Assembly (NCBI GenBank): GCA_043228905.1
Contig: JBHGNT010000018.1
Location: 10,106,001 to 10,170,000 of the forward strand
Length of the DNA: 64,000 bases
Direction: 5' to 3'
From: Azolla caroliniana
Taxonomy: Eukaryota > Plantae > Polypodiophyta
The notes under the pieces are model-generated. The model was not told where the DNA came from. It saw only the letters and a list, made by a program, of their open reading frames with translations, and did not search any database. Made by a program: the position numbers and the translations under genes. Positions within the stretch are counted from its first letter, which is position 1; every line of letters begins with the position of its first letter. This document shows positions 10,301 to 25,100 of the stretch, piece after piece.

Positions 10301-10549
10301 CAGCTCTCCGTAGCCGGGTACTCCTCATTCGGTCTTCACTGGGTCTGCACCATCCAGCTCTCCGTAGCCGGGTACTCCTCATTCGGTCTTCACTGGGTCT
10401 GCACCATCCAGCTCTCCGTAGCCGGGTACTCCTCATCCGGTCTTTACCGGGTCTGCACCATCCGTCTCTCCGTAGTCGGGTACTCCTCATCCGGTTCTTA
10501 CCGGGTCTGGTCTTCTCACTTCCGATCCGGAGGGACCTATCTCCCAACA
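7338..10549 (-). mobile_element. Ty1/copia LTR retrotransposon (5' LTR, gag, protease, integrase), frameshifted, interrupted by the DNA transposon
   Basis: gag zinc knuckle CFYCGKPGH, protease WVVDSGAS, integrase VHTDVC..RADNGGEY, GKLDPK..FLGY. PBS TGGTATCAGAGC at 9856-9867 (minus). Confidence 0.92.
9870..10549 (-). repeat. 5' LTR of the copia element, containing four copies of a 54-bp tandem unit (~10280-10510) and a (CT)n tract
   Basis: Minus strand starts TGTTGGGAG and ends ..CA next to the PBS. Unit ttcaccgggtctgcaccatccagctctccgtagccgggtactcctcattcggtc. Confidence 0.8.
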
Positions 10550-11345
10550 AAAGTTTCTCATCCAAATCAGCTCTTTGATGGCCTCTATCGCTGCCATATA
10601 CTCTGCATATGTGGTCGACAAGACCACAGATTTCTGAAGTCATGACTGCCACGACATTGCTCCCCCTACATAGGTCATCATGTACCCTAATGTGGATCGA
10701 CTTAAATCTATGTCCCCCGACATGTCTGAGTCTGTAAACCCTTCGAGCATGGGTTTTCCAACACCATACCTTAGACATACCCCTGAGGTGCCTTTCAAGT
10801 AATGGAATATCCATTTAATAGCTACCTAGTGTTCTCTTCCTGGATTACTCATATATCGGCTTACTGTCCCCACAACAAATACTATGTCTAGTCTCGTGCA
10901 GACCATAACATACATTAAGTTGTCGACAGTTGAGGCATATGGTACTTTCCTCATCTCAACCTTTTATTTCTCCCCTCTCAGGCATTGTTTAGCATTCAGC
11001 TTGTGGTTGGTCGGCAACACATAGCCGATTGGGTTTGCTTCCAACATGTTGAACCTCTCCAAGATCTTTGTCACATATTTCTCTTGTGACAGCCACTCTG
11101 TTTGCCCTAAGTGTATTTATACTTATACACATTAAGTTGTCGACAGTTGAGGCATATGGTACTTTCCTCATCTCAACCTTTTCTTTCTCCCCTCTCGGGC
11201 ATTGTTTAGCATTTAGCTTGTGGTTGGTCGGCAACACATAGCCGATTGGGTTTGCTTACAACATGTTGAACCTCTCCAAGATCTTTGTCACATATTTCTC
11301 TTGTGACAGCCACTCTGTTTGCCCTAAGTGTATTTATACTTATAC
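10550..11345 (-). mobile_element. Older degenerate copia RT/RNaseH fragment with a ~220-bp tandem duplication
   Basis: Minus-strand remnants MRKVPYASTVDNLM and VLSTTYAEYMAA..ELIWMR. The block acattaagttgtcgacagttgaggc recurs at ~10912 and ~11129. Confidence 0.75.
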
Positions 11346-11599
11346 ACAATATGGGCTATTTACAAATGTAGCCTCTACTACTATCTTCCTATTACTATAC
11401 TAATAACAGTAACAATTAATCAACCGACTGGTTGACTAGTTGATTCAACTAGCCGACTCCTGTGTCGACTGTTCGGTCGGCCCAACTAGTTGACCTTGTC
11501 TTCAACCATCCGGTCGACCTAACTAGTTGGTTGAGTCTTTGACCTGGATCAGTTTGTATACTATCGACTCCTTTGTATACTGTCGACTCCCCCTTGTCA

Positions 11600-13680
11600 T
11601 TGATTGTCGGCCCTCAGTCCGACAAATCGGCTCTCAGCTCGACGAATCGGCTCCTCCCCTAAGAGGGAGATATTCCTAACAGAATCAACGCACAAGATCA
11701 AGCCCCCACGAGAACGTTTTTGGGAAGAAGCCGGATTTATCCCACGTCAAGATATTCGGCTCAATTGCTTATGTACATATTCCCGACAGGAAGCAACAAA
11801 AACTCGATCCTAAGCCAGAGAAAGGTATCCTCGTAGGGTACTCAATCGAACAAAAAGAGTACAAGGGTTATAATCCATCTACTTGAAAAGTTCAAGTGAG
11901 TCAAGACGTCGTTTTCGACGAGTTGGCACCATGGTACGAACCTGAGTCTACTATGACTCCAATCCCACAAGACCCGAATTCAGCCGACCAAGAGATAGAA
12001 GACGTCGTTTGAACGAGGCATTTAATAGAACAAAGCCTGATTACAACTAGGTTTAGTGGGCCACAAGAGCCTCCGAGCGACCGAAACACATCTCGACCGA
12101 GTCTGAAGATGTACAAAGGGAAGGCCAAAATGCCCGAGTACGAAGATCTGGACGACAAAGAATCAAGTCACTCAGTCGATTGTGTATTCAAAGGCCTTAA
12201 TGCTCCAATTATACGGACGAATGGAGTAAAAAAAGCCATAGCTACTGCAAAAGGACGAATGGACTCAAGCAAGCACCACGTGCTTGGCATTTGAAGATCA
12301 CTCAGTATCTTCACCAAATTGGCTTCCGAATGTTAAAATCGGACAACTCCCTCTACATAAGAAGTGATTCTGAAAGCCCGATTGTCATCATCCTATACAT
12401 GGATGATCTGGCCATCGAAGGAGAGAATCTAGCCGACATCAATAAGGTCAAACCCCTCTTGTTCGGTAGGTTCGAAATGAAAGACATGAAGGAGCTCCAT
12501 TACTTCATCGGTATAGACGTAATTCGGACATCAATCGGGATCATGATCTCCCAATGGCACTACATCCTCAACTTGCTATACAAGTTCGGGATGATAGAGT
12601 GTAGACCTATTTCAACCCCTTTCAACCGAAACCTCAAACTGGATGCCGACTTCGGCACCACAGAGTGTGAGCCGACATACTATAGGCAACTTGTTTGAAG
12701 TCTTATCTACCTCATGATCACTCAACTCAACCTCAATTATCCGGTCGGCCTCTTTAGTCAATTCATGCAAATTCCACATGAAATACATTTAGATTTTGCT
12801 AAGCAAGTTTAACGATACGTGAGTGGAATGATGGATTGTGGCATTCTCTACAAGTTGGCCACACAGATTCGACTCGAAGGGTACACAGATGTCGATTGGG
12901 CCAACTACAAAGCTGACAAACTATTAACATCAGAATTCGTCTTCTCCCTTGGTAGCGGTGCAATATCCTGGGGCAGTAAAAAGAAGTCGGCAGTTGCACT
13001 ATCAAGCACAGAAGCCGAATATAGGGGTCCGGCCCAACATGTGAAGCCGTTTGGCTGAAGAGAATATTGTAGGATCTGGGCGTTCCCATCAAGGATTTGA
13101 TTCCCCTCTACTACGACAACATGAGTAGTATTCATCTAGTTCGGAACCCGGTGTTCCACACGTGCATGAAGCATATTGAAGTGCATTATCACTTCATCAA
13201 AGAGCGCAATCAAGTTGGTGATGTCGACCTATAGCACATTAGCACAAACCTTCATGTAGCTGACATCTTCAGAAAAGCTTTAGGAGTTGACAACCTCATG
13301 CAATTTATATCGGACCTTAGTCCAACAATAGCCACATTCCCGAACTTGAGAGGGAGTACAACACAACCGACAACTACAATGCAATAGCCAAATAGCAGTC
13401 GACCAATCGATCGAAATTGACCAAACGAGTAGTCAAAGTAGCATCACAACCGACCAAGGAGAGTCGAAGCACGAAGCAGAACTTAGCAGTTGAATGAGCA
13501 CACGAACAGACATAGAGCCGAGGAACAAGGAGCACGAAGTTGAAGCTAACTCGACTGACCATCCATACATAGAGCCAAGGAATTTTGTTCTCTCTCTCTC
13601 TCTCTCTCTCTCTCTTTGTCTTACACACACACAGTTTCCTTCCACAACACGAGATCACCTACACTCTCCATGTCTTTACT
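11600..13680 (+). mobile_element. Degenerate, internally deleted copia (integrase end, RT, RNaseH, PPT, probable 3' LTR)
   Basis: ILYMDDLAI, FEMKDMKELHYFIG, EGYTDVDW, VALSSTEAEY. PPT-like gagagggag at ~13348-13356, then a (CT)n-containing LTR-like tract. Confidence 0.8.
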
Positions 13681-13689
13681 AGACTTATG

Positions 13690-14400
13690 CAAGTGATTAT
13701 GCAGTAGGGGTAGTTTTGTATCAAGATGCCAAAATCTGTCGCATTTGAGAGTAAGAAACTTACTCCCACTCAGTGTTCGTACTCGATTCAAGAAAAAGAA
13801 CTATTTGCAATCATACATGCACTTAAATCATGGAAACATTACCTATTAGAAATCGTTTTGTGGTAACTCTGGACCTCCAGTCCTTGAAATATTTTTGTGA
13901 CCTGACCAACAAGACCTCATGGATCGTAGGGCACATTGGACAAAACTCATTTACGACTTCTATTTTTCTATACGATATTGTAAAGTATCCATGAACATAG
14001 TCGTTGATGCATTGAGTCGTATTCGTACAGTTAACATGAGTAGCTTCACTAAAATTAAATCTAATATGTATGAACATCTTTGAGGAAAGTACCTTGATGA
14101 CAATTATTTTGGAAAAGTCTAGGTTAGAGTTGAACTTGGAATAGATGCCATAAACACTTCATCCACAAAATGAACCTTTTTCATTGCAAATGGTTGGCTC
14201 TACGATGATTGAAAGGTTTGTGTCCCTAATTTGCTTGAGATAAAATAGAATATTCTTTTTTAATGTCATGATGCACCCTAGGATACATCATACACTTGTT
14301 CTTACCTGTACCCAATTGTTCTAGCTTAAAATCCATCTTGATGTAGAAGATTATGTTATTAAATGTGACCAATATCAGATTAATTGTTAGTGTACCACAC
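13690..14400 (+). mobile_element. Degenerate Ty3/gypsy RNaseH-integrase fragment
   Basis: Translates as VAFESKKL..YSIQEKELFAIIHALKSWKHYLL with downstream stops. Confidence 0.7.
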
Positions 14401-16143
14401 ACTCAAAAGTTGCCCAACCATCTTGGATTTGTTTTTGAATCCCAACTAATTAGGAACATTTAGCATCCCTATGCCTAGTGAACTTATATTAGATACAATT
14501 GCTTCTAACATGATGTGTGTTTCTTACAAAGGTCTACTCTTCTATTATCACTCTGATTCCAAGCAACATAACTTTGGACCTTGTCATATTTAGAAATTGA
14601 ATAAACCAAAGATCTATCTTTTTCTTCGAAGTGTTTAAGATTTAGAAAGATTTGATGTCTCCATTGTCCTAACATTCTAATGTCAATAGCAACACTATCA
14701 TATTTAGGTGAGTTTAATTGGCTATTATTGTTTGCTAGGGTTATTTCTATTCTATTTTTATGTATCGAATTGTCAACCTTGGTATGTTTTGTTTTCTTTA
14801 ATGGACACATCGTTGATAAATGACATCTTTTATTCCATTTTTAGGCATTAGGATGGGTTTGAATTTAAATGTTGGCCAAAGTTGTTATTCCTTTGAGCAA
14901 CCTTACTACCTAGAGTGTAGATGGCTATTTGGAAACCTATCAAACCTCAATAATGTAATCAAAAGTTCCACACGCTTGAGTTCTCTTCGCTCAAGAGTTC
15001 CCTTTGCTAAAGGAGGTTTCGCACCTAGAGCTCATGTGGGATGCAGCTCTATCTACAGAAGATCTCTACAAAAGTAGGTAGTCTTTGAGGACCATTGTAC
15101 ATTGTTTAGCCCCTTGTTCATCTCAACATATCTTCCTTCGTTAGTTCTTTACACGTTCAACAATAACTGACATATAAGCTACTGACTAGTGAACTCTTTT
15201 AATTTGATTGTTTAAAATAACTAAGAAAGTAGCTTACTCAACTTTCATAGGCGAATTTCATTACGTCATAGGCGAATTTCATTTGTATGACAACATTAAG
15301 TACCGATTATTGACAATATGACCAAAATCGACATACATTAACTAAGAAAGCAGCTTACTCAACCTAAGAACATATGAGAACGGATTATAAGCATTCTTTC
15401 CTAAGCGATTACCTCGAGGCTCATACCTAACAAAAACAAAAAAAGGGTTTGACAATATGAACAAAATCGACATAAATAAAATCCCGTGTTGAAAGCATAA
15501 TTTACATTTACACAATAAGAGAGCAGCACAAAAAATATATGGTTTTTGACTAGTGACCATAATCGGCATACATAAAATCCCTCATTGAAAGTATACTTTA
15601 CATTTACAGAAATACAGAGTAAATATATAATTCAACCAAGTATTGCATTTCTGCAAGGCCGGCCTAAAGATATCCCTTGTTTTGTCAGTAAACACAAAAT
15701 ATATCCAGCAAACATGCTCACTAAGTTTAAATTGAAACAACAAAAGGTTTAGATTCCAAATAATTAAGAGCTAAGGCTACGCCCAAAGCACCATATACAT
15801 AATATCTTTTTAAGTAGCTATATTACAAGGTGTGAAAAACTTGGAACGAGAAATTTATGCTTTTGGACCTAGTAGATCATCCCCTTCGGGTAAAGGTTAT
15901 TTTGCAAGGATGTAAGACTTAGAATTTTTATTGTTTTTTAGGGACACATGGATCAACGAATTTCTTAATTGCATGTCAACATAAGTAAAAATTCTACATT
16001 GCAGAACACTCTCCCTCTTCATTTTTGAGTTGTGAACACAAGTGAGTGTGAGAGAAGAGGCAAGAGGCTCGGCCACCTGTTGTAATATCAACATTTTTTA
16101 ATGAATAAAAATAGCACCGCTACAAACAATGAACGTCCACCAT

Positions 16144-19100
16144 TCATCCATCGTCTCTCTCGGCCTCTTCTTTTCTTATTCTCTCTTCCTCTTCTTTATT
16201 GAATATTGCATTTAACTGACGCTCAAGCTGAAATCAGTCAAAGAAATTAGAAATACATAGACATAACATCATATAATACAGAAGACTCCACTTGCTGGTT
16301 GTAAAAGATGCACCTGCACATTTTTCCACTTCACAGCTTGAACTTCTTCAACCAATACAGCGATTCTGCAAGAAAAAAATGGGGTCATTCGAACTTGACC
16401 ACGATTTTCAAAGGGGTTATAATAGATCTGGCAAAACACAGTCGTCATCCAAGTAGGACATATCCATCTGGACCATGGCTCCTGGTCGATTAATAATCTG
16501 GTTATGTTATATTAATAATGGTTTGCTGTCCTCCAAGATAAGACAAATTTTTAAAGATTCATTCTCTAGCTAGAACTCAAGAGACATAGGGAAAAGTTGT
16601 TGAAGGACAGTAGTACAGCCACACAAGTTCATCCACAAATAACAATCACAACTTTCTTTAGCCCCATCACTCCTAATGCTACAAGTCAATCAAGGAATAC
16701 ACAAATGGGCTCCCGACCAAGGACATAACAAAGGGGTTACAATAGATCAGGCAATAGCAATTTGTCGTGCACGTAGCCCCGGCCCCATGGACCATGACCT
16801 CTGCACCCTTGTCATCGACAGATAAAAGCCATTATTTCCCTCCATCGCAGATGCTTCCCTCGCTTCAGATACCTCTGATATATCTAACTTGAGAATCTCA
16901 CATGTGCCGAAAACCAGATTCCCTCTTCTCTTTTTATCTTATTTACTTTTATATTTACTGAGTAATATATATTTTACTTTTGTTGTTCCTAGAGATCCTT
17001 CGAAGACAAAAGTTATAATATACCTAACTTGAGAATCTCACATGTGCCGAAAACCAGATTCCCTCGTCTCTTTTTATCTTATTTACTTTTATATTTACTA
17101 AGTAATATATATTTTAGTTTGATTTGCTGTTCTCAAAGATGAGACAACACTTATGATGTAATCTCTTGTTTGGTCTTTTAGGCCATTTTGGCCTCTTAAA
17201 AGACATTAATATATCTTTCTTTCTTTCTAATAAAATATAATCATTATTGAACCCTACAGAAGGAGGGTAATGGACAACAAACTCCATCTCTCCAAGTGGA
17301 CATAGTCAAAACTCCAACCAACCATCGTATGTGGACATAAATGAGAACCCATTGAGAGGTGCACATTACACCCCACTCTTAGGCCATTATATCAAGAAGA
17401 TGACGGTCAAATAAATGTTCTGTATGATGAGATATTACACAGCCCATTAATTACTTTCCTTCAAACAAACATGACAAAGCAACATGCCTCAAACAGGTTT
17501 GATAAAAAGATACGGCAACTAGCTAATTTTGGAAGAATTTATCTATACTCGATAAGATAGCTCAGATTTGATGTCCAAAAAATTCCCCAATGTTTTGGAA
17601 TTAGGTAAAGTTACCTGCATTGCAACTCAGCAACTTGTGATAGAAGGTCCCTCTCTCGCTCTATTGATATCTCCACCTGTGTTTCCAGACCATATGATTA
17701 GCATTTCCTTTATACCTTATTGTTATTTAGCAATAAGAATATAACTGACCGTGGAATCCATATTCCTCGATGAACTCTTCGATGAAAAACTACTAGACTT
17801 CTGAACTGCATTCGAATAATATCCCAATGAAAAGAGAAGCTCAATCAGGCAAGTTCAAATTATTAAATACTGTTATTTGATGAAGTAAATAATATAATTG
17901 AAACTATTTAAAGCTTTAATTAAACCTGAAAAAAAAACATTTGAATTCAGTTCAGTAACTAAAGGACATAACTAGGATAGAGAGAAAAATTGCAGTGATC
18001 CACAACTCACATGTAGGTTGTTCTGAAGCGTTTAAGCTATTCATCAAGTTTACAATCAACTCCTGAGACAAAAGATAAAAAAACATCACTAATAATTCAA
18101 TACAAAATAAGCTAAAACTGCAAAAAACAACTGTCAGATTTATATATCAACGAAGTTTCATTTATCATACTGATATAGAAAGTTACATGTTGAATCTACA
18201 TACATACAGCATAAATATATATATATACATGCTGAAATAGTCTATGAGACTGAACAAGAGAATGCATCTTTAAAAAGTTGTCTTATCTTGGAGGACAACA
18301 AATCATTCTAAATAAAAGATTCATTTGTTTATCTTCATATAGCATAAATATGTATATCAACAAAGCTTCATTAATCATAATGATATAGAAAGTTACTCAC
18401 CTGTTGAATAACCGTTTGACTGAAAAGAGTTTGTAGCTGTGGAACAACTGATACTGCATTCACCCCACTTGGCATTGTGGGAGTTTGAGATGAAAGAGGG
18501 GGTCCCTAAGCAAATCCAGCCATCGCAGTATCATACCACAAATCACAAAAACTATAAGAATTCAAGGCTAATCAGATTTAAAATTTATCTAAGCGAAGAA
18601 CATAATCAATATACCACATTTTTCCGTTCCAGAAGCCAATCACTAACACTAGCTGACTTATGCAATAGAGATGTCGAAGTCTACAATATCCAGATGATGT
18701 GGCAAATCTCAATTTTAGAAACAAATATATAAAAATAATTCCACGTATTTATTGAGCTTTTAACCTACTTGAATACTCGCATTTTTCCGAGAACTAGTTT
18801 CATGCTGCAGAATTTTCAGATTGATCATTTAATTGTCCAGTTTATAAGCAAGACTACCAATATAACAAAAGATATATCAAAATTAAAGTGCTTGCCTCTT
18901 GTATATCTTCATCCTGAGAAGTGACAGAAAACCGACCCTTCTTTTGGAAAACAGCCTGACCTTTTAACTTCTCCTCTGAGAGTTCCTTTTGAGGTTTATG
19001 ATCTAAAAATTATCTTTATATTTAGATGCTTTACTTTGGTTTCAACCCCCCTTATCTTTCATATCTATTCATACTCATAAGATGGGTTGAGCAGTCTTGA

Positions 19101-22100
19101 TCTTATTCATACTCATTCAGAAAAAACCACATACCAGAAGATGTTGAAGGCCCATTAGAGGACTTTGGTGGTTTTGATGGTTGTGAAATGCCGGTATCTT
19201 CATCCACATATTTTCCAGTGGGTTGAATTCCTCTGTTGATAAAAAACCAGGCAGTATCATTACCATAATAGATTAACCTAAAAAAAAAGGTGAAAATCAT
19301 TTTTTCTTAAGGCAAAGCCATGCTTAAACAATGTCATCTCATGGTTCAAGACACAAACTTTTCTACCTGATTGTGATGGAATGCAAAAATGTTCAAAAGA
19401 TTAGGTAGATGAAGATGGCAAATGGCATCCTTGAGCCCCAGGAACCATTTTTCAGCTGCCTTTAACTACATTTTTCATATGGGAATGGGTGCAACAGTGT
19501 AATGCTGATGCATAATTGAAGTAATATCTGATATAGTTTTATTGGTTAAGTATATTTTCTTATATTATGATCTCATGATACAAGTGAAGTAACAAAATAT
19601 GGGCAACAAAACATACTCAGTGGTAGTGACAAGCAGTCGCTACGAGCTAAAGGCGAGCCATCTATAGGTGCTAGTGACAAACTACCCTTCGGTGCTAGTG
19701 ATGACCCCTCCTTAAAGCCTTTCTTAGGTTCCAGCAAAAAGTCACTCTTAAAAGCTAGTGAGGATCCACCCTTAAAAGTAGAGCAAGTCATCCTTAGTAG
19801 CAATGAACCTTAGATGCTAGCAATGAGTCACCCTTAGGACCTAGGGGCAAACCATCCCTTGAATCTGAGGGCGAGCCGTCCTTCGCTTCACAAATGAGCA
19901 CTTTTACCAAATTTGCAAAAACAACTCGTTTTGGCCCTTGTAGAATAGGAACTTATGATCTAATTAACTGAGCAAGCATGCTAGTAGATGTCTTTATTTA
20001 CATTTTTGTTCCCCTTTCCCCATGAACTTCTATTTTACTTTTATGCCTGTTTGACTCAACAAGAAAACATTGATATCACTGTTGATGTGTCAAATGTGAC
20101 AAGACACCGCTATCAAACAATTTGAAATCTCTCAAGTTAAAGGTACTCAAGGTTGGCATTTATGTTATCAAAACAATTGGCTGAACATGAAGATAACTAT
20201 TGTTATTATGCTGAAATGCAAGAATTGTTCCAATCACAGGGAATAAATATAAATGCACTACCCCCTTCCAATGTAGCTTGGATTGAACATGCCTCAACAT
20301 AACCAAAATAGAAAAGAATACAGTGATCCGAGCTGATGTGAAAGACCATTGTTCAGGACCACACAATATCTTGATAGGAAGCTGGTCCACAATAAGGCCC
20401 TCCTCCTTTCACACATCACAGGATACATTTATCATCAGGCCTGGTGATAGAACATGCAATGATTTTTCTTGCCAGGCTACTTTGTTCTCATCAATCCAAA
20501 GTGGTACATTTGAAGCTGCCAGGCATGTGGCTAAGCCCTCTGATGGCTGTCTAAATTGCTAGTATCCTATAGCGTGAGGTAAGTGCAGCCATGCAGAATA
20601 TTCACAAAATGTTGTCCATTTTTACCTCAGCTCAACTGTTCTCTTGAAATAATAAAGGGAAACATTAAGAGCTCTTGAGATTTCTTGAACTTAAAGTTGA
20701 TTACACTTTTATCAGCGTTTAACTCATCTCTATGACACTATAAAGGAGAAATTTTCAGGGTCGAATACAGTAATAAAAGCAGAACAGGAATGGGATAGCA
20801 AGTTGAAAAGAAGAGAATCATTTATTACGGAAACAAAGAGACAAGAAAATGAGTCAGGATTTGTGTGATATAAGTGAAATGCAGAGGAATTTTCTGACAT
20901 GCATAATTCTAAGGCTTTGGCCGCATAGAGCTATAATACTTGTGTGCTTAATGCTTTTTTCTGAATGCAAATAGGCTGGGCTTTCTTATTTTCCATGTTA
21001 AAATGCACAAATTGTCAAATTAATATGAGCAGAAAATTTGCTTCAGTTGACAAAAGGCAAATTAGTTTTAAGTTCTGATCTAGCTCTTGGGCCTCAAATA
21101 TTATTGAGATCTAAAAATCAATCAATGAGCATCATTGTGGCACAGGTGTGATAGCAGAACTGTAGTACAGATCTTATCCATATGCATTAAAGAATTCCTT
21201 GATTGAGGAACAATAAAGGTTAGAGTGAAATTTTTATGTGAAAGACAAGAGATTGAAACAAAAACTTAGTTCACTAACAAGGTGAGAATATCATTAATGA
21301 TGCCTCCCACATCCCCAAAATCTGCTACTGAAATGATTATTGAGTTCATAGAAAGAAAGATATGGTAACATCTCTAAAGGACCTAATGACCTATGAGACC
21401 TCATAAGATTATAACAGTCTATGATAATTTCGATGAGAGTAGCAAAAGAAAATGACGTTCTACTCCAGTGTCAATGGTTCTTTTCTCCATGATTAGAATA
21501 TCTGATCACAATTCAGAGGCCAATACATTTTTGTCCATTTCCAAGATATTAAAAATTTCCCAACCTTCCAGAAACCAATGAAATAAGAAAGAGCTCAATA
21601 CATGTTGAATTTAGCATCCCTATTATGTTCTATATATGAAAATAACCATTTGCATGACATCACAAGGAGCCTAAATATCTAATGATGAGTACATGCACCA
21701 TATAGTCTTGACTATACAAGTGGAATTTTCAGAATATCTTTAGTAACAGGCAATCTCTAGAACATTAAGGCTATATTTCACCTACTAAATGGAAAAAGGA
21801 TGACCACGCTGAATGCATGAATGCCATTCATATTGAAATAATTATCATATTTTATTTTATATCAGAATCATACCTATCTTCCTGTGCATCATCATTGAAT
21901 TCCATAATTGAAATCTGGTTGCTCTTTTGATTAGCATACTCTTGTTCAGAAATCTTTTCCTCAACATTATCAGGTTCTATTATTTGATCTGTATCTGCCA
22001 CAATATCATATTCTCTTCCAGTTTTTTGATCATCCTTCCTCAAAATGTCTTTTTCCTCATCATAATGTTTCTGTTTAATATCCCTAGTTCCGTTACACGA

Positions 22101-25100
22101 ATCAAGAATATCTTGTTCGGGGTCATCATCAAAAACATCAAAACGACCGCTGCATATTCAGGAGGAAATCAAACCACCCTAAGTCAGTAAATAATGCAAT
22201 CTCCCTTACATTAATTTTTAATTCACACTGACAAATACATGGGAATGATGTCGTACTTACAAGTGTTTGGGCTCCTTCTTTCCTAAGGGAGGATGTCCAA
22301 GTCTACTACAATACAACATAGATCAAAAACAAAATATAAGCAGCGGGAAATGTAGGAGAAATGCAATTCAAATATAAAGAATGCAGACAAAACCTTTCTA
22401 AGAGCAGGCCCTCAGTTTAAACTTGCAGGGTATAAAATCAGAACAGTCTCATGTATGAAAAGTAAAAGGTAAAAAGATAGTACCAAAAGAATGGAAGCAT
22501 TTCTACAAAACAAAAAATATGAAAGAAATCTGCATGCCAAAGTACTGATGTGCAATTTTACAGGGTGGTTAAGAAATATCGAGAGAATACACAAGAGAAG
22601 TCCATTGTTGGAGGGTGGCAGCTCCAGACCCGCACTCCCTTTCATCTTTATTATCTCTCTTCTACATTCTCTCTACCTAGATTCTTCTCTCTCTAGAATC
22701 TGGAACGCTTTAAATGCCGTCTCTCTCTTCCATTTTTTCCAAGATATTCCTAGTTTATTGTACCTGTTTAGTAGTACAAGAGTCACTTAACTACCAAACA
22801 ACCATTTCACCCATGTTCCCCAATTTTGTATAAATAGGCTATACCAGTCTCTTTTGGATGAACTTTATTTTTGCTGCTACTTGCAAACAGGCTCTACTCT
22901 TTGGCTGTGTTCTACTCTTTGCATCTATCTTTGCTACTGCTGTCTAACAGCCTTCTCACAGCTTGGCTATGTGTCTAAATTTTCTAACAACTGTTCCGCT
23001 GCTGCTATTAACAGCTTTTATCACATCCATGGCATTCAAATGTCTCCATTTGTAATGATCGATATCAGAAGGGATTATCTGATGGGGAAGGGAGGGAGGT
23101 TACCACCATATCCCTTTTGGAAGCATTAAGCAAGTATACATTTTGGGTAAGCTGATGGGAAAGGAAGGGAGATTATCATCATATCTTTTTTGAAAGTACA
23201 TGTTTTATCGTTCTCCCATTTCACAACTGCAAAATATGTGTTCTTGTATGCCCACATATATGAGCAGCAAGAAAAACTTTCTCTAAGCATACACAAACAG
23301 AGCACACAGACTGCACAGAAGAAAGAAAATTCACAGTGAACCATGCTAAGGCCAAGATTATGGTTTTTGACACAAGTGAGCAATGGGTGAATAGCGGGGA
23401 TCACCCCTTTCTATTTAAAGGAAAACTGTAAAGTGCACAAATATATACATGTACTTGGGAATTACATTAACAGGACCCAGTTTCTCTTTGAAAGCAACAT
23501 CCACAACCAGATTCTCTAGAGGCTATGCAACTTTGTGGATACATGAGAGACAGTATACTTATGTACAGTTCCAAGTCCAAGCAACAAACTATGTTTTTCA
23601 ATACAATCATGCTTGTCACCCATCCTCTGGTGTAGAGCAGAGATATAGTGAGCGAAACATAATAACTACCTGAGACAGCAAGAGTCAGTAGCCCTAAAAG
23701 TCACAAATGCACTTTCTACAACAGTGACTTGTGTACATTGAATTTTGAAATTACCTAGGCATCAATATCCACAATTATCTCTTCCTTCATCTGTACAGCT
23801 AGAGAGCAAGGTGGTGTGCCTAAATGAAAGATTGGTTCTAAGGACATGGCATAGATACATGAGAACATTTTCACTACATATTTAACTCGTTCAGACAATT
23901 AATAGGCATACTTGTATAGGCTCAGAACCTTACTTGAGATCATTGGAAGGTTTGGGTGGCAAAGTACCAGGCCGAATCCTGGTTACATGCTCGCTTTCCT
24001 GAGAATCACAAGCAAAAAAAAACATTACAATGTAATCCAGAGAGGGGCAGAATTTCCTAGAATTCAGCCTTGCTATGACAAGAAAAGAAAAAAGGCATTA
24101 AATTGACTTACATCAGTTGCATTTTCTGCCTTCACAGCTCCTGCTGGTTGGCAGCTATTGCTCTCTGACACTGTTCGTTGTGACGATGTAAGTGGTGGGG
24201 ATGAGGCACGATTTATCTCAGTAATATCACTGTCTTTTTTAACATCATCTTTGACGGGAGGTTCAGCTTCATTCTAGTTGTAATAAATCAATTTTCAATA
24301 CCATTCCCAGTTCTACTTTTAGCTAATCTTAAAAATCCAAATGTCTTACCAATGCCGCCTGGGCTTTTAAGTCCTCTAAATCAAAATTCCAAGAGCTCAC
24401 CCCACGCTTGTATTCATTCTAATGTCAAAACAGGAAAATACAGACAAACTAGTTAGATCATATTGACGCTTCCCACCAGTAGCAAATGATACCAGATTTT
24501 TTCCATTGCCTTCCCACATGTTAAGGACAAGTGTCGCTTTCATTTTTATTTTTTTCCTTTCTGCAGCACTGTTTTGGCTGTTTAATTATTATTTATACCA
24601 TCGCATCCTCATTACATTCCCTGGGCTCAAAACCCAAATTCTCCGGTATTCCCCAAGAGGCTATCTCCAAAGAAGATATTTCTCGCTGGCATGGTTGTCC
24701 ACATAGATCTAGCTCTTGTTTCACTTTTATATGTATTAGCGGCCATAAGCAGTCTCCTAAAAGGTATTTCATAGGATTTATACTCTCCTTATGATCAGTT
24801 TTGCTGATCATGATGTAGTTTACCTTCATGATTCCAATGATGAACGTAACTTTCAATCCTTTGTCACCAAGATGGAAATCTTTACTTCATCACACGTATA
24901 AACTAGCACAATCCTAGGGGAAATACATCATGAATCGGATTCCCGTACTTCACAAACAAAATTTTACATGCTTCCTACAGAAACTGCACTAAATTGTTCA
25001 TATGCACATAAGGTAATATTCGTCTTTTACCTCAGAAAGAAGACATTTGGGCTCTCTATGGAAATGACAACCAAAATTTGCCTCCATGTCACACTCTTAT

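Noticed and set aside
10202-10814. 147-aa and 198-aa repeat-protein ORFs
   Set aside because: Produced by the 54-bp LTR tandem repeat
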